Source of the DNA: an uncultured Nitrospiraceae bacterium
Lineage (GTDB): Bacteria; Nitrospirota; Thermodesulfovibrionia; Thermodesulfovibrionales; SM23-35
Reading direction: 5' to 3'
DNA length: 64,000 bases
Assembly: GCA_963727775.1 (NCBI GenBank)
Contig: CAVSHB010000003.1
Coordinates: 128,001 to 192,000, forward strand
Shown: positions 51,046 through 62,121 of the stretch, one piece after another
How positions within the stretch are numbered: the first letter of the stretch is position 1
How the letters are laid out: every line of letters begins with the position of its first letter
Notes under the pieces: model-generated
Seen by the model: the letters and a program-made list of their open reading frames with translations, nothing else
What the model was told of the DNA's origin: nothing
The model's database searches: none
Position numbers and translations under genes: made by a program

Positions 51046-52487
51046 CAGTAGGGAAACTTAGAAGGATTGATGAAACAAAGATAGAGATTCCTGTTGATTA
51101 TAAACAGGGAATGAGGGTCAGGGGAATTATCTACGTTGACGAGGGATTGGAGAAGGAGCTCGAAACTCAATCAATCGATCAGGTAGCGAATGTAGCGACA
51201 TTGCCTGGAATCGTTCAAGCGGCGATGGCCATGCCTGATGTTCATACCGGATACGGCTTTGCAATAGGAGGGGTGGCGGCTTTTGATCTGAAGGAAGGGA
51301 TTGTCTCGCCGGGCGGCGTTGGTTACGATATAAACTGCGGGGTCCGCCTGCTCGGAAGCGACCTCCTGAGAGAAGATGTCCAGCCGAGGATGAAAGACCT
51401 CGTCAGTGTTTTATACAGTGAGGTCCCCTCGGGTGTCGGATCAAAGGGCAAGATACGGCTTGGACCCGATGATGAAAAAAGGATACTGTTGAAAGGCGCG
51501 CGCTGGGCGGTTGAGCAGGGTTTTGGAGATGCCGGCGATCTCGAAAAGACAGAATCAGGCGGATGCATGGACGGCGCTGAGCCTTTACTGATAAGCAATA
51601 AAGCTTATGAACGGGGCAGGTCACAGCAGGGCACGCTGGGTTCGGGCAACCATTTTTTGGAAGTTCAGTACATTGACGAGATATATGATGAAAAAGCGGC
51701 AAACAGCCTCGGGCTTTTTAAGGACCATGTTACCGTTATGATACATACTGGTTCCCGTGGATTCGGGCACCAGGTCTGCACAGATTTCCTTGAAGTCATG
51801 GAGAGAGCAGCAAATAAATATAAAATAGTGTTGCCCGATAAAGAGCTTGCATGCGCGCCTTTCGAAACGCCTGAAGCAAAAGATTATCTTGCAGCAATGA
51901 AGGCTGCAGCAAACTATGCATGGGCAAACAGGCAGTGTATCATGCACTGGGCGAGAGAAGCCTTTTATAAGGTGTTTGCATTATCGCCGGGAGAACTTGG
52001 GATGAAACTCATATACGATGTTGCGCACAATATTGCAAAGATCGAAGAACATATGGTTAACGGCAGGAAGATGAAACTTATTGTCCACCGAAAGGGGGCC
52101 ACAAGAGCATTTCCGCCGGGCCATCCCGAATTGCCCCTTATATACAGAACGATTGGACAACCTGTTTTAATCCCCGGAGATATGGGAAGGGCATCATATG
52201 TACTCCTTGGAACTGAAAAAGCCATGACAGAAACTTTCGGTTCAACCTGCCATGGTGCCGGTAGAATAATGTCAAGACATCAGGCGATAAAAAGGGCAAA
52301 GGGCCGAGCGATATGGAGAGAGATGGAGGCTAAAGGCATTATCGTCAGGTCCGCAGGCCGGGAGACCCTTGCTGAAGAGATGTCCGAAGCATATAAGGAC
52401 ATATCGAATGTCGTAGATGTAGTTCACAGAGCCGGGATATCAAAAAAGGTCGCGAGGCTAAGGCCGATGGGAGTAATTAAAGGATGA
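51042..52487 (+). CDS. rtcB: RtcB RNA-splicing/repair ligase
   Basis: MPDVHTGYGF.IG, GYDINCG, GTLGSGNHF, HRKGAT, STCHGAGR. Confidence 0.97.
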   Translation: MTVGKLRRIDETKIEIPVDYKQGMRVRGIIYVDEGLEKELETQSIDQVANVATLPGIVQAAMAMPDVHTGYGFAIGGVAAFDLKEGIVSPGGVGYDINCGVRLLGSDLLREDVQPRMKDLVSVLYSEVPSGVGSKGKIRLGPDDEKRILLKGARWAVEQGFGDAGDLEKTESGGCMDGAEPLLISNKAYERGRSQQGTLGSGNHFLEVQYIDEIYDEKAANSLGLFKDHVTVMIHTGSRGFGHQVCTDFLEVMERAANKYKIVLPDKELACAPFETPEAKDYLAAMKAAANYAWANRQCIMHWAREAFYKVFALSPGELGMKLIYDVAHNIAKIEEHMVNGRKMKLIVHRKGATRAFPPGHPELPLIYRTIGQPVLIPGDMGRASYVLLGTEKAMTETFGSTCHGAGRIMSRHQAIKRAKGRAIWREMEAKGIIVRSAGRETLAEEMSEAYKDISNVVDVVHRAGISKKVARLRPMGVIKG

Positions 52488-52498
52488 AGGTCGCTTGT

Positions 52499-53686
52499 CT
52501 ATTTTAATATCAGATATTCCACTACCGCTCCGCAAAAAATTACAATACACGCCGGGATCATCATCTTGTAAATCCCCCACATATCAGCTTTAAAATATTC
52601 TTTGGTCAGGATTAGGCATATATGTACAGGGGACAGAAGGACGCCGAGGAAGCCTGAGGCAAACGCGAAGGATATCGCGCCCATGGATGCGCTGCCTGCA
52701 ATACTTATGATTAAGGGGAACGTGCTGCCGACAAAACCCACAGTTATCCCGGTAAGCAACCCTGTTATAAACGGGAGAAGGAAAAGGATTGGGGACGCTG
52801 GAATCCCCTTGTGTATAAAAAACAGGCTCAGATTCGTAACGGCGCCTGAATTCTCCATTGCCTCTTTGAAAAACATAACACCGAGAATCAGTATAATCAC
52901 ATCAAACGCAAAACCGGCTTTCAGTATAGTGAATACAGATTTCAGCTTGTACCTGTAGAATAAAAACAGGAACGCAACCACAGCCATCAATGCGTAATGA
53001 AGTTCCAGATGGAGTATGACAACGAGGAGAAGCACGGCAAGTATAGGGGTGAAACTCCACAGTCCTCTTTTTGAAAGTTGTTCTGTCTTGATTGTACCCT
53101 TAAGACCGTGCATGGCAAAGATAAAGCCTGTTATCAACATAAAAACGGCATATGTGAGGTTTAGAGTAATGAGATGATAGATCTCTATCTTTGAAATGGC
53201 GGATGCAAGGAGGACCCCCGGATATAACGGCAATATATATTCCCACGGATGTCTGAACCAGTAGTTAATGAAACTTTTTTCTTCAGGGCTCATCTCTATG
53301 TCATGGGTCGTTTCGGCCACCATTGGAGCGGAAAAATAAGCGCCCCCAACCGACGGCATGAGACCTATCAGGAGGGGCATCGATATTGTAATAATCTTGC
53401 GGTTTTTAAATATCGTCTTTACAGCGGTCATCATTTCCGAAAGGACTGCGTGTTCCCTCAATATCATTTCAAAGATCTTAATCAAAGATAAAGCAAGGAT
53501 TAGCTTGATGGTAACATCGTTAACGACAGCGCCTTTACACGTCTTCAGTATTGAGGCAAACGGCATGCGGTAGAACACAAATAGTGCAAATGAGGCTATC
53601 AGCATTACAAGGCCGATATTTAGTTTCTTCCTAAGTAAGAATAATATGAGAGCGAAGACAAGCGAGATCTTTAATATATCCGCCAT
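52499..53686 (-). CDS. DUF401-like multi-pass membrane protein (IT superfamily-like)
   Basis: IGLMPSVGGAYFSAPMV, NYWFRH, LSPVHIC; many TMs. Confidence 0.75.
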   Translation of the reverse strand: MADILKISLVFALILFLLRKKLNIGLVMLIASFALFVFYRMPFASILKTCKGAVVNDVTIKLILALSLIKIFEMILREHAVLSEMMTAVKTIFKNRKIITISMPLLIGLMPSVGGAYFSAPMVAETTHDIEMSPEEKSFINYWFRHPWEYILPLYPGVLLASAISKIEIYHLITLNLTYAVFMLITGFIFAMHGLKGTIKTEQLSKRGLWSFTPILAVLLLVVILHLELHYALMAVVAFLFLFYRYKLKSVFTILKAGFAFDVIILILGVMFFKEAMENSGAVTNLSLFFIHKGIPASPILFLLPFITGLLTGITVGFVGSTFPLIISIAGSASMGAISFAFASGFLGVLLSPVHICLILTKEYFKADMWGIYKMMIPACIVIFCGAVVEYLILK

Positions 53687-54199
53687 TGAACATTGTAGCA
53701 CATTTGTTTCCTGCAGAAAGAAAATGCCGGGGACCGCCTTGGCACATTTAATCTACACCCTGTTGTAAAAATTATACATTTATCGGTAGAAAGCAGGTTG
53801 CACCAAAATCTCAATAAGATTACTCCGATGAATTTTTCATAATGATTTCAATATGTTTTAGGCTTCTTAGTCCTGAAGTTGACCTGTTATTGAAAACCTG
53901 GCCTTGTTTTTGCTTTTTGAAAGTGGGAGTTTGACAATTTTGTAAGATAGCGTATATATTTCTTGACAAAATTGCCTGAGTAATGATATAAATGGGACAA
54001 TATTTTTATTTGAAAACAAAAGCTTAATTCTTATATATTGTTTTGGATGACTAAAGGCTCTCATTGAGAGTCAATAACCTTTGAAGGGGAGGTGATAAAA
54101 GGAAGATTAAAGAGATTACATGATACATAGTAGCAGAGCCGCCTTTGGCGGTATGGAAAGAGTATGGTGACTCTGAAATATTAAAAGGAGGGTTAGCAA

Positions 54200-55720
54200 G
54201 TGAAGAAATTTCTGGTAATAGTTTTAAGTGTGCTTTTTATACTAAGTTTTACAGTCACAGCCTTTGCTATCCATGAAGAGATGCCGCCCGACGAGGCAGT
54301 AGTAGCAAAGGGTCCGGCAAAGATAGTACTGGGGGGCAAGATAATAGAAAGAGGTTGGTATTTCGACGGTGTCGATGCAAACGCGATGCCGGCAATGCCT
54401 AATGGAACAGCTGTAGCTGATGGTGGCACTGGAACCGGTAGTCATTCCGAAGCACTGTATACAACAAATGCATACTTTACAGTGAACGCAAAGATCAGCG
54501 ACAACATCCAGGGCTTCATGGAGCTCGAAACATCAAACGCCGGCTCGGACAACAGCGGCGTAGCATACTGGGGTCAGTATGATTCAAAACCGAATTCCGA
54601 CCTTCGCTTCCGCCAGTTATGGATGCAGTATACCGGCTCGGGCCTTCTTGGAATTCCCGCGGGTATTAAGGCCGGTCATATGCCGATAACACTCGGTGAA
54701 AAGCAGTTCCTGAATAATGAGAGATTCGGCGATGACGCTATCCTTTTATGGATTGACCCGACAAAAGAAATGCACCTGGTTGCCGGAACAACAAAGCTCG
54801 TTGAGAGCTCTGCTCTCTCTATCGGCAACATAGACCATGCCCAAGATCTCGACGGGTATGTATTAGTTTTTACTTATATGCTCGACAAAGACAACACCAT
54901 CGGCGCCAACTGGACCTGGGCGCATAGCGATTCCAATATCCCGTCTTTAGCAGAAACTGCAGCAGGACTTGGGGTCGCTACCGTCGATACAGTTAATTTC
55001 CACAATATCGGTGTGCACGGACACGGGAACGTATCAGGACTCAGTTACGCTGCTGAGGCTGATTTTCAGTTCGGTACAGCAAAAGAGCTCCTGGGCGGTG
55101 ACGATGTAAAATTCGGCGGCTGGGGAGTGTTCGCAAAATTAGGTTACATGATCGATCCCGTAAACCTGAGGGCAGCATTTGCAATGGGTAGCGGTGACAA
55201 CGGGGATGACTCCAGCAAAATCAAGGAATTCCAGACCCTTCAGGGTACAGATGCAACCGGCGCTATCGCAAGGTTACCGCATTACACCCTTATTTATGAG
55301 CGCCTCGTAAGGACAGCTGCTGCAGAGGCATTGCTTACAACTTTCTCTGGCGGTAATATCAGGACGACCGGTATCGCCAATACCACTTATTACAACCTCG
55401 GCTTTGATGTGAACCCGATGAAAGAGCTCGCTTTATCTCTTGATGGCTACTACCTAAGGGCAACAAAGACCGGAATGTTCGGTGACGATGTATCAAAGAA
55501 CCTTGGATGGGAAGTTGACGGAAAGCTGAACTATAAGATCGCGAAGAACCTTTCCTATTTCGTGGAAGCCGGCATGTTCTTCCCCGGCAAGTTCTATAGC
55601 GACGGTACCTTCTATTCGACATCTCAAATAGCGGGTGTAATTAATGGTGATAGCCCGCTCGATCCTATCCAGAAAAAGACTGTTACCATGGCAGTCCACG
55701 GGTTGTTACTCGAATTCTAA
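54200..55720 (+). CDS. Outer-membrane beta-barrel porin (alginate-export-like)
   Basis: Signal peptide, amphipathic strands, LGWEVD, C-terminal Phe; GTG start with strong RBS. Confidence 0.78.
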   Translation: MKKFLVIVLSVLFILSFTVTAFAIHEEMPPDEAVVAKGPAKIVLGGKIIERGWYFDGVDANAMPAMPNGTAVADGGTGTGSHSEALYTTNAYFTVNAKISDNIQGFMELETSNAGSDNSGVAYWGQYDSKPNSDLRFRQLWMQYTGSGLLGIPAGIKAGHMPITLGEKQFLNNERFGDDAILLWIDPTKEMHLVAGTTKLVESSALSIGNIDHAQDLDGYVLVFTYMLDKDNTIGANWTWAHSDSNIPSLAETAAGLGVATVDTVNFHNIGVHGHGNVSGLSYAAEADFQFGTAKELLGGDDVKFGGWGVFAKLGYMIDPVNLRAAFAMGSGDNGDDSSKIKEFQTLQGTDATGAIARLPHYTLIYERLVRTAAAEALLTTFSGGNIRTTGIANTTYYNLGFDVNPMKELALSLDGYYLRATKTGMFGDDVSKNLGWEVDGKLNYKIAKNLSYFVEAGMFFPGKFYSDGTFYSTSQIAGVINGDSPLDPIQKKTVTMAVHGLLLEF

Positions 55721-55740
55721 ATCAGTAAGAATATGATTTT

Positions 55741-55768
55741 AAAAAGGCGGCCTTCGGGCCGCCTTTTT
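55741..55768 (+). terminator. Rho-independent terminator
   Basis: AAAAAGGCGGCC-TTCG-GGCCGCCTTTTT. Confidence 0.88.
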
Positions 55769-55847
55769 ATTTGGCATTCAGCCCCTATTTTTGTTACACT
55801 TAATTAGTCTACTTTTTAGAAATTCATTCTGAGTATTATTTATTTCT

Positions 55848-56846
55848 ATGACTTACAGAAAAATCCTGGGCGAATTCAAGAAAAAGAAGATACTCGTTGT
55901 CGGAGATTTGATACTTGACCGCTATATCTGGGGCAGGGTAAGCAGGATATCTCCGGAAGCGCCTGTGCCCATTGTTGAGGTAACAGACGAGAATTATCTC
56001 CTGGGCGGCGCCTCAAATGTGGCGAACAATATAGTCGCGCTTGGCGGACACGCGACAATAGTCGGGATTGCCGGAAACGACAGGGGCGGTGAAATCCTCG
56101 GGAAGATGCTTGAGGAAAAAGGCATACAATGTGAAGGTGTTTTTTGGAGTTCAAGGCCGACAACAGTAAAGACGCGGGTGATCGCCCATAGCCAGCAGGT
56201 CGTAAGGTTCGACAGGGAGAGCAGGGACAAGGTTGATGGGAAAGTTCTTGCCGGGCTCCTGAATTTTATACGCAGCAGGATACCGGAGCATGACGCCGTC
56301 ATCATCTCCGATTATAAGAAGGGAATAGTTTCCTCGGAACTTATAAGAACGGTACTGAAACAGACAAGGCCGAGGAAAATATTTACTGCCGTTGATCCGA
56401 AAGTAAGCCATTTCCACTGCTATAAAAATGTCTCGCTTATTACCCCAAATACTTTGGAGGCGTCATTGGCCTCGGGGATAGACATTAAAGATGAGAACTC
56501 TTTGTTGAATGCCGGAAAAGTCCTCTTAAGGAAGTTGTCATGTGATGCGGTGCTTATTACCCGCGGTGAGCACGGCATGGCCCTCTTCAGTAGGGACAAG
56601 GCTGTGCACATTCCCACTGCAGCAAAAAATGTTTATGATGTCACAGGGGCAGGGGACACTGTAATCGCTGCTTTTACGGTTGCATATGCCGCAGGAGCTG
56701 AGATGACAAAGTCGGCGATTATTGCAAATCATGCGGCAGGCATAGTTGTCGGTGAAGTCGGCACCGCAAGCGTAACTCAAGACCAATTGCTCAAATCGCT
56801 CAATACGGAAAGCGGATTAAAAATAAGAGAATCCCTTTTTACCTGA
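55848..56846 (+). CDS. rfaE1: D-glycero-beta-D-manno-heptose-7-phosphate kinase
   Basis: RISPEAPVP, GGASNVA, SDYKKG, DVTGAGDTV. Confidence 0.93.
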   Translation: MTYRKILGEFKKKKILVVGDLILDRYIWGRVSRISPEAPVPIVEVTDENYLLGGASNVANNIVALGGHATIVGIAGNDRGGEILGKMLEEKGIQCEGVFWSSRPTTVKTRVIAHSQQVVRFDRESRDKVDGKVLAGLLNFIRSRIPEHDAVIISDYKKGIVSSELIRTVLKQTRPRKIFTAVDPKVSHFHCYKNVSLITPNTLEASLASGIDIKDENSLLNAGKVLLRKLSCDAVLITRGEHGMALFSRDKAVHIPTAAKNVYDVTGAGDTVIAAFTVAYAAGAEMTKSAIIANHAAGIVVGEVGTASVTQDQLLKSLNTESGLKIRESLFT

Positions 56847-56862
56847 GCATATCCATTCTGCT

Positions 56863-57894
56863 ATGACCAAAGCTATCGCATTATTTTCAGGTGGACTTGA
56901 CAGTTCGCTTGCAATTCTGACCGTCCTCAAACAGGGAATCGTTGTTAAAGCAATAAAATTCGGGACGCCCTTTGATTGTGACATGACCGGCAAATCGTCT
57001 GTTTTGAAAAATCAGATTTTTTCTTTGCAGGGGCGCTGTTTTGAGTCGGAATTTTATGACCTTGGCGAGGAGTTTCTTACCATTGTGAAAAATCCAAAAC
57101 ATGGTCATGGGAAAAACATGAACCCATGTATTGACTGCAGAATACTGATGCTTAAGAAAGCAAAAGAGTTTATGAACAGTAATGAAGCAGCCTTCATCTT
57201 AACGGGCGAGGTGCTCGGCCAGAGGCCGATGAGCCAGAAAAAGGATATGCTTTATCATATCGACAAAGAAGCCGGGGTTACGGATTATGTTTTGAGGCCC
57301 CTAAGCGCTAAGTTCCTGCGTTTTACTGTTCCCGAAGCGAAGGGGCATATCCGAAGGGAGCTGCTTTACGGCTTTAGCGGGCGTTCACGGAAGCCGCAGA
57401 TGGCATTGGCACTGGATTTCGGATTAACGGATTATCCTTCGCCGGCAGGAGGATGTCTTCTTACAGAACCGACTTATGCGCACAGGCTTAAAGACCTGCT
57501 GACTTTTGATTCTGATCCATCTATGAGGGATATTGATCTATTGAGGGTAGGAAGACACTTCAGATTTTCTCCTTTGTGCAAGATCATCATAGGGAGGGAT
57601 GAGTCTGAAAATGAGATCATCGAATCCTTAGTCGCAGACAAAGATTGCCTCTTAAGGGTCGAGGGATACGGAAGCCCGGTAACACTGGTAACAGGTGAAA
57701 TCAACGATGAAGCGATAAAACTCGCAGCCTCTCTATGTGCGCGCTATTCGGATGCAAAAAATACTTTTGAAGTCGAAGCCGTAGTTATGCGCAGTGGACC
57801 TGCATTAAAACTAAAGGTCTCGCCTGCCGACAATGAAGTGATTGGAGCCTTAAGGATAGAGCGAAGAAAAGCTGAAAAGATTCCTACAGCCTGA
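56863..57894 (+). CDS. PP-loop tRNA-thiolation-like protein (ThiI/MnmA-like) with C-terminal NFACT-R/DUF814-like domain
   Basis: [35 protein letters not shown]. Confidence 0.8.
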   Translation: MTKAIALFSGGLDSSLAILTVLKQGIVVKAIKFGTPFDCDMTGKSSVLKNQIFSLQGRCFESEFYDLGEEFLTIVKNPKHGHGKNMNPCIDCRILMLKKAKEFMNSNEAAFILTGEVLGQRPMSQKKDMLYHIDKEAGVTDYVLRPLSAKFLRFTVPEAKGHIRRELLYGFSGRSRKPQMALALDFGLTDYPSPAGGCLLTEPTYAHRLKDLLTFDSDPSMRDIDLLRVGRHFRFSPLCKIIIGRDESENEIIESLVADKDCLLRVEGYGSPVTLVTGEINDEAIKLAASLCARYSDAKNTFEVEAVVMRSGPALKLKVSPADNEVIGALRIERRKAEKIPTA

Positions 57895-58723
57895 TAGGAA
57901 TGCCTTTTTCTCTCAGATATTGTTTTGCTTCTTTAACTGTGTACTCCCTGTAATGGAATATCGATGCCGCGAGAGCAGCGTCTGCCTTTCCCTCTGATAA
58001 TGCTTCATAAAGATGTTCGAGTGTTCCCGCCCCTCCGGAAGCAATAACCGGGATAGTAACAGCCTCGGATATGGTACGCGTCAATTCAATATCGTAGCCG
58101 TCTTTTGTTCCGTCCTTATCCATGCTGGTCAGCATAATCTCACCAGCCCCGAATTCTTCCATTTTTTTTGCCCACCGGACGGCGTCTATAAGCTTCATCT
58201 GTCTGCCGCCATGACTGGATATGGCCCAGCTCAATGTATTAGCAGGTACTTGAAGACACACATCCTTCAACAAACGGTCATCAAACCAGCCTTCATCGGT
58301 CGCACCGGACATATCTACGGGAACTCTTTTAGCGTCGATTGCGATAACGATGCACTGGCTGCCGAATCTTTCGGCGGCCCTACTGATAAAATAGGGATCT
58401 TTTACAGCGGTAGTATTGATCGAAACCTTGTCACATCCGGCGTTCAGAAGGTCTCGTATATCCTCAAGGGACTTAATCCCCCCCCCGACCGTAAGTGGCA
58501 TAAATACGTCTTCTGCTGTTCTCATAACAACATCCAGGATTATCTTTCTTTTTTCGTGGGAAGCAGTGATATCAAGGAATATAAGCTCGTCGGCGCCCTG
58601 GTCATCATAGAACCTTGCGTTTTCAACAGGATCACCCGCATCCCGCAGGTTTACAAAGCTCACTCCCTTGACAACCCGGCCGTCTTTGACATCAAGGCAA
58701 GGTATTATTCGTTTGGATAACAT
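57884..58723 (-). CDS. hisF: Imidazole glycerol phosphate synthase cyclase subunit
   Basis: [32 protein letters not shown]. Confidence 0.97.
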   Translation of the reverse strand: MLSKRIIPCLDVKDGRVVKGVSFVNLRDAGDPVENARFYDDQGADELIFLDITASHEKRKIILDVVMRTAEDVFMPLTVGGGIKSLEDIRDLLNAGCDKVSINTTAVKDPYFISRAAERFGSQCIVIAIDAKRVPVDMSGATDEGWFDDRLLKDVCLQVPANTLSWAISSHGGRQMKLIDAVRWAKKMEEFGAGEIMLTSMDKDGTKDGYDIELTRTISEAVTIPVIASGGAGTLEHLYEALSEGKADAALAASIFHYREYTVKEAKQYLREKGIPIRL

Positions 58724-59445
58724 CTTTCTCCCGCTGCAATTTTCAGTGCTTCTTTAAGATCAAGCACTCCTGAATAAATCGCCTTCCCCGTTATTACTCC
58801 CCAGAGATTCTTTATCTTCATAAGATTCTTTATGTCCTCTATGCCCGAGACCCCTCCGGAGGCAATTACAGGTATGTGAACGCTTTCAACCATTTCACGT
58901 GTTGCCTCAACATTCGGGCCTGAAAGCATGCCGTCCCTGTTTATATCGGTATAAATGATACCAGCCGTACCCATAATCTCTAAACGGCGGGCCAATTCCT
59001 TTGCATTGATTGATGTAACCTTTGCCCAGCCCCTGATAGCGACCATTCCTTCTTTGGCATCGATGCCGATTAAAACTTTCCCGGGATATTTTCTGCATGA
59101 AGACGTTAAAAATTCAGGGTCCTCTATTGCAGCGGTCCCTATAATAATTCTGTCAATGCCTGCAGAGAGCAGGTTCATAATGTTACCTATGCTCCGTATG
59201 CCGCCCCCCACCTGCAAAGCAATCTTTACGGACTGTCTGATCTTTATTATCGCATTAAGATTTTTCTGGCTGCCGGTAAACGCGCCGTCGAGATCAACGA
59301 TATGAAGGAGTTTTGCCCCGTAGGATTCCCATTGTTTGGCTGCATTCGCAGGGTTATTCGAATAAACTGTTACAGCGTCTTTTTTCCCCTGAACGAGTCT
59401 CACACAATTGCCGTCTTTTAAATCTATCGCTGGAATAACGATCAT
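58705..59445 (-). CDS. hisA: ProFAR isomerase
   Basis: [33 protein letters not shown]. Confidence 0.97.
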   Translation of the reverse strand: MIVIPAIDLKDGNCVRLVQGKKDAVTVYSNNPANAAKQWESYGAKLLHIVDLDGAFTGSQKNLNAIIKIRQSVKIALQVGGGIRSIGNIMNLLSAGIDRIIIGTAAIEDPEFLTSSCRKYPGKVLIGIDAKEGMVAIRGWAKVTSINAKELARRLEIMGTAGIIYTDINRDGMLSGPNVEATREMVESVHIPVIASGGVSGIEDIKNLMKIKNLWGVITGKAIYSGVLDLKEALKIAAGERCYPNE

Positions 59446-59472
59446 AAATTAATATAACATAAAGAAAAGCGG

Positions 59473-60318
59473 ATGCGGATGAAACGCAGCAAAAATATAA
59501 GAACAATCTTCCTTAACACCTATCCCTTTAGTGAAGGGTGGCATCCGGAGAAATGCGGTTGTCAAATTGTAAAAATCTCCCATTTATGGATAAACATATG
59601 CCTCATCCTATGTTTCTTCCTGGCGGCTTTACCGGAAGCCCTTGCTGAGCCTTTTAAAATACCTGAAAAATTTGTTTATGATCTCACCTGGACGGGGATT
59701 AAGGCAGGAACGGCATCACTCGAACTCATAAATGACGGGAATGCGGTTAAAATTATTTCAACAGCAAGATCGGCAAAATGGGTCTCTTTTTTTTATACCG
59801 TTGATGATAGAGTGGAAAGTGTCCTTTCGACAAACTCTTCTTTGTCGCAGCTTGGCAGGCCGGTAAAATACAGGCTTAGGGTGAGAGAGGGCAGGCACAG
59901 GAAGGACAAAGAGGTTGCCTTTGACCGTAATAACAATAAGGCAAAATATGTGGATTATCTCAGCAACGAAAAAAGAGAGTTTGATGTTCCCGTTTCCGTT
60001 CTCGACCCGATATCAAGTTTTTACTATCTAAGATTAATGAAGCTCGTTGTCGGTGAATCCGTTTATGTAACCATTTTCGACAGCAAAAAAGTCTGGAATG
60101 TCGAGGTGCAGGTATTAAAAAAAGAAAAAGTCACACTCCCCATAGGTACATTCAATACGATCGTGGTCAAACCGCTAATGAAATCAGAAGGCATATTTTC
60201 GAGGAAAGGTGAAATCTGCATCTGGCTCACCGATGATTTGAAACATGTCCCTGTCAAGCTGCAGACAAAGGTAGCGGTCGGCTCTGTCACCGCGACACTC
60301 GTCCAGGCCGTTTATTAA
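59473..60318 (+). CDS. DUF3108-like exported protein (start uncertain)
   Basis: EKFVYDLTWTGIKAG, DPISSFYYLR, IWLTDD..HVPV. Confidence 0.75.
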   Translation: MRMKRSKNIRTIFLNTYPFSEGWHPEKCGCQIVKISHLWINICLILCFFLAALPEALAEPFKIPEKFVYDLTWTGIKAGTASLELINDGNAVKIISTARSAKWVSFFYTVDDRVESVLSTNSSLSQLGRPVKYRLRVREGRHRKDKEVAFDRNNNKAKYVDYLSNEKREFDVPVSVLDPISSFYYLRLMKLVVGESVYVTIFDSKKVWNVEVQVLKKEKVTLPIGTFNTIVVKPLMKSEGIFSRKGEICIWLTDDLKHVPVKLQTKVAVGSVTATLVQAVY

Positions 60319-60378
60319 GCTATCGCGCAGCCCGGTTCACTTTTTTATAATCAATACAATCGTTTATACTATTAAACT

Positions 60379-62088
60379 ATGCATGTTCTGAAGAAGCTCA
60401 AAGAACTTACAAAGCCATATTGGCAGAGGATTTTCGGCGGAATCATTTTGAGCCTCATAGTTTCCGGATTGACCGCCGCTATTGCCTGGTCCATAAAACC
60501 GGCAATCGATGAGATAATAGTCGGCAAAAAATACGAATTCTTTCCGCTTCTCGCGATTGGTGTTTTCCTGCTCTTTTCGATAAAAGGCGGTGTAACTTTC
60601 TTCCAGATATATCTTATGAGGTCAGCCGGGATGAAGCTGGTGCGGGATATGAGAAATGAGTTGCACAGCCATATCCTTTCTCTGCCGGTCGGATATTTTA
60701 ACAGAGAGTCGTCCGGAGTGATCGTATCAAGGGTCATGCTGGACGCGGATGCGCTGAATGTGCTCGTTTCCGATGTCTTCAAAACTTTTATAGTTGAAGC
60801 GCCGACTGTTATTTTCTTACTCGGTGTCGCTTTTTACAGGAAATGGGACCTGACGTTAGTGAGTCTTATTTTATTGCCTTTAATTGCTTACAGCACAAGA
60901 AGATTCGGTAAAGGAATAAAAAGCAAGAGGAAAGAGGCCCAGAGAAAACTGTCTTTTCTTACACATAGAATTAACGAAAGTATTTTCGGAGCGCGCATAA
61001 TTAAAGTCTTCAATCGTGAAGCAACAATGGAAGAAAAATTTAAAGAAGAAAACCATAGATATTATAGGGAGTTCTTGCGGGTAATAAGATTGAGGGAATT
61101 TACCAAACTTGCCATCGATTTGGTTACGGGATCCGGGCTTGCTGCGGTTTTAGCATACGGAGGTTTTATGATCAAAAGCGGAACGATAACCACTGGCGAT
61201 TTTGGATCGATGATCGCAGCTATTTATTTTATGTTTTCTCCCATTAAAAAACTTGGGGAGGCTTATAGTATCTTGCAGGAATCGAGGGCATCAATTGAAA
61301 GAATAGAGACGTTGCAGAATGCGGAGCCGGAAACAAAAGGCCGGATTCCGTTAAATAGATTCAGCAAAGCCATAAAATTCGAAAATGTCTCTTTCGGTTT
61401 CCCCGGGAACAATGTGCCGGTACTGACGGATGTGAATCTGGAGATAAAAAGCGGTGAAGTCATTGCCATAGTGGGACGGAGTGGGGTAGGAAAATCGACC
61501 CTTGTTGATATGATCCCGAAATTCCATGTCCCTTCGAGCGGTACTTTGACCATAGACGGGATCGATATTCGTGAAATTGAACTGCATTCTCTCAGACAGC
61601 ATATAGGCATTGTAAGTCAGGACATCATTCTTTTTAACGACACGGTAAAGGAAAATATAGCCTTCGGTAAAGAAGGGGCTTCGGAAGCTGAGATTATCGA
61701 GGCAGCCGGGATGGCGTATGCCGATGAATTTATTCGACAACTGCCCGAAAAATACGACACCGTTATCGGAGACAGGGGACTGAAACTGTCAGGCGGGCAG
61801 CGTCAGCGGATAGCTATTGCGCGCGCAATCCTGAAAAACCCGCCCATATTGATCCTTGATGAGGCGACCTCATCTCTTGATTCCGTTTCGGAAGCTCTAG
61901 TTCAGAATGCGCTCGATGTATTGATGAAAGGAAGGACAACGATCGTAATCGCACACAGGCTTTCGACCATTAAGTATGCCGACAGGATACTGATAATCGA
62001 AAAAGGAAAGATAGAAGATGTGGGCAAGCACGAAGAACTTATTTCCAGGAATTTGACATACAGAGAACTCTATAATGTCTTACTGTAG
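60379..62088 (+). CDS. msbA: Lipid A export ABC transporter MsbA-like
   Basis: TM domain plus GRSGVGKS, LSGGQRQR, LDEATS; LPS gene context. Confidence 0.8.
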   Translation: MHVLKKLKELTKPYWQRIFGGIILSLIVSGLTAAIAWSIKPAIDEIIVGKKYEFFPLLAIGVFLLFSIKGGVTFFQIYLMRSAGMKLVRDMRNELHSHILSLPVGYFNRESSGVIVSRVMLDADALNVLVSDVFKTFIVEAPTVIFLLGVAFYRKWDLTLVSLILLPLIAYSTRRFGKGIKSKRKEAQRKLSFLTHRINESIFGARIIKVFNREATMEEKFKEENHRYYREFLRVIRLREFTKLAIDLVTGSGLAAVLAYGGFMIKSGTITTGDFGSMIAAIYFMFSPIKKLGEAYSILQESRASIERIETLQNAEPETKGRIPLNRFSKAIKFENVSFGFPGNNVPVLTDVNLEIKSGEVIAIVGRSGVGKSTLVDMIPKFHVPSSGTLTIDGIDIREIELHSLRQHIGIVSQDIILFNDTVKENIAFGKEGASEAEIIEAAGMAYADEFIRQLPEKYDTVIGDRGLKLSGGQRQRIAIARAILKNPPILILDEATSSLDSVSEALVQNALDVLMKGRTTIVIAHRLSTIKYADRILIIEKGKIEDVGKHEELISRNLTYRELYNVLL

Positions 62089-62121
62089 CTTGTTCGGGTT
62101 ATTTCTGAACGGAGGCGATTT

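Noticed and set aside
53760..53960. Rex/FNR-like operators upstream of the porin
   Set aside because: Matches are too degenerate in AT-rich DNA.
58013..58720. Long antisense ORFs (235 aa opposite hisF and many similar)
   Set aside because: They are shadow frames of well-conserved genes and have no motifs.
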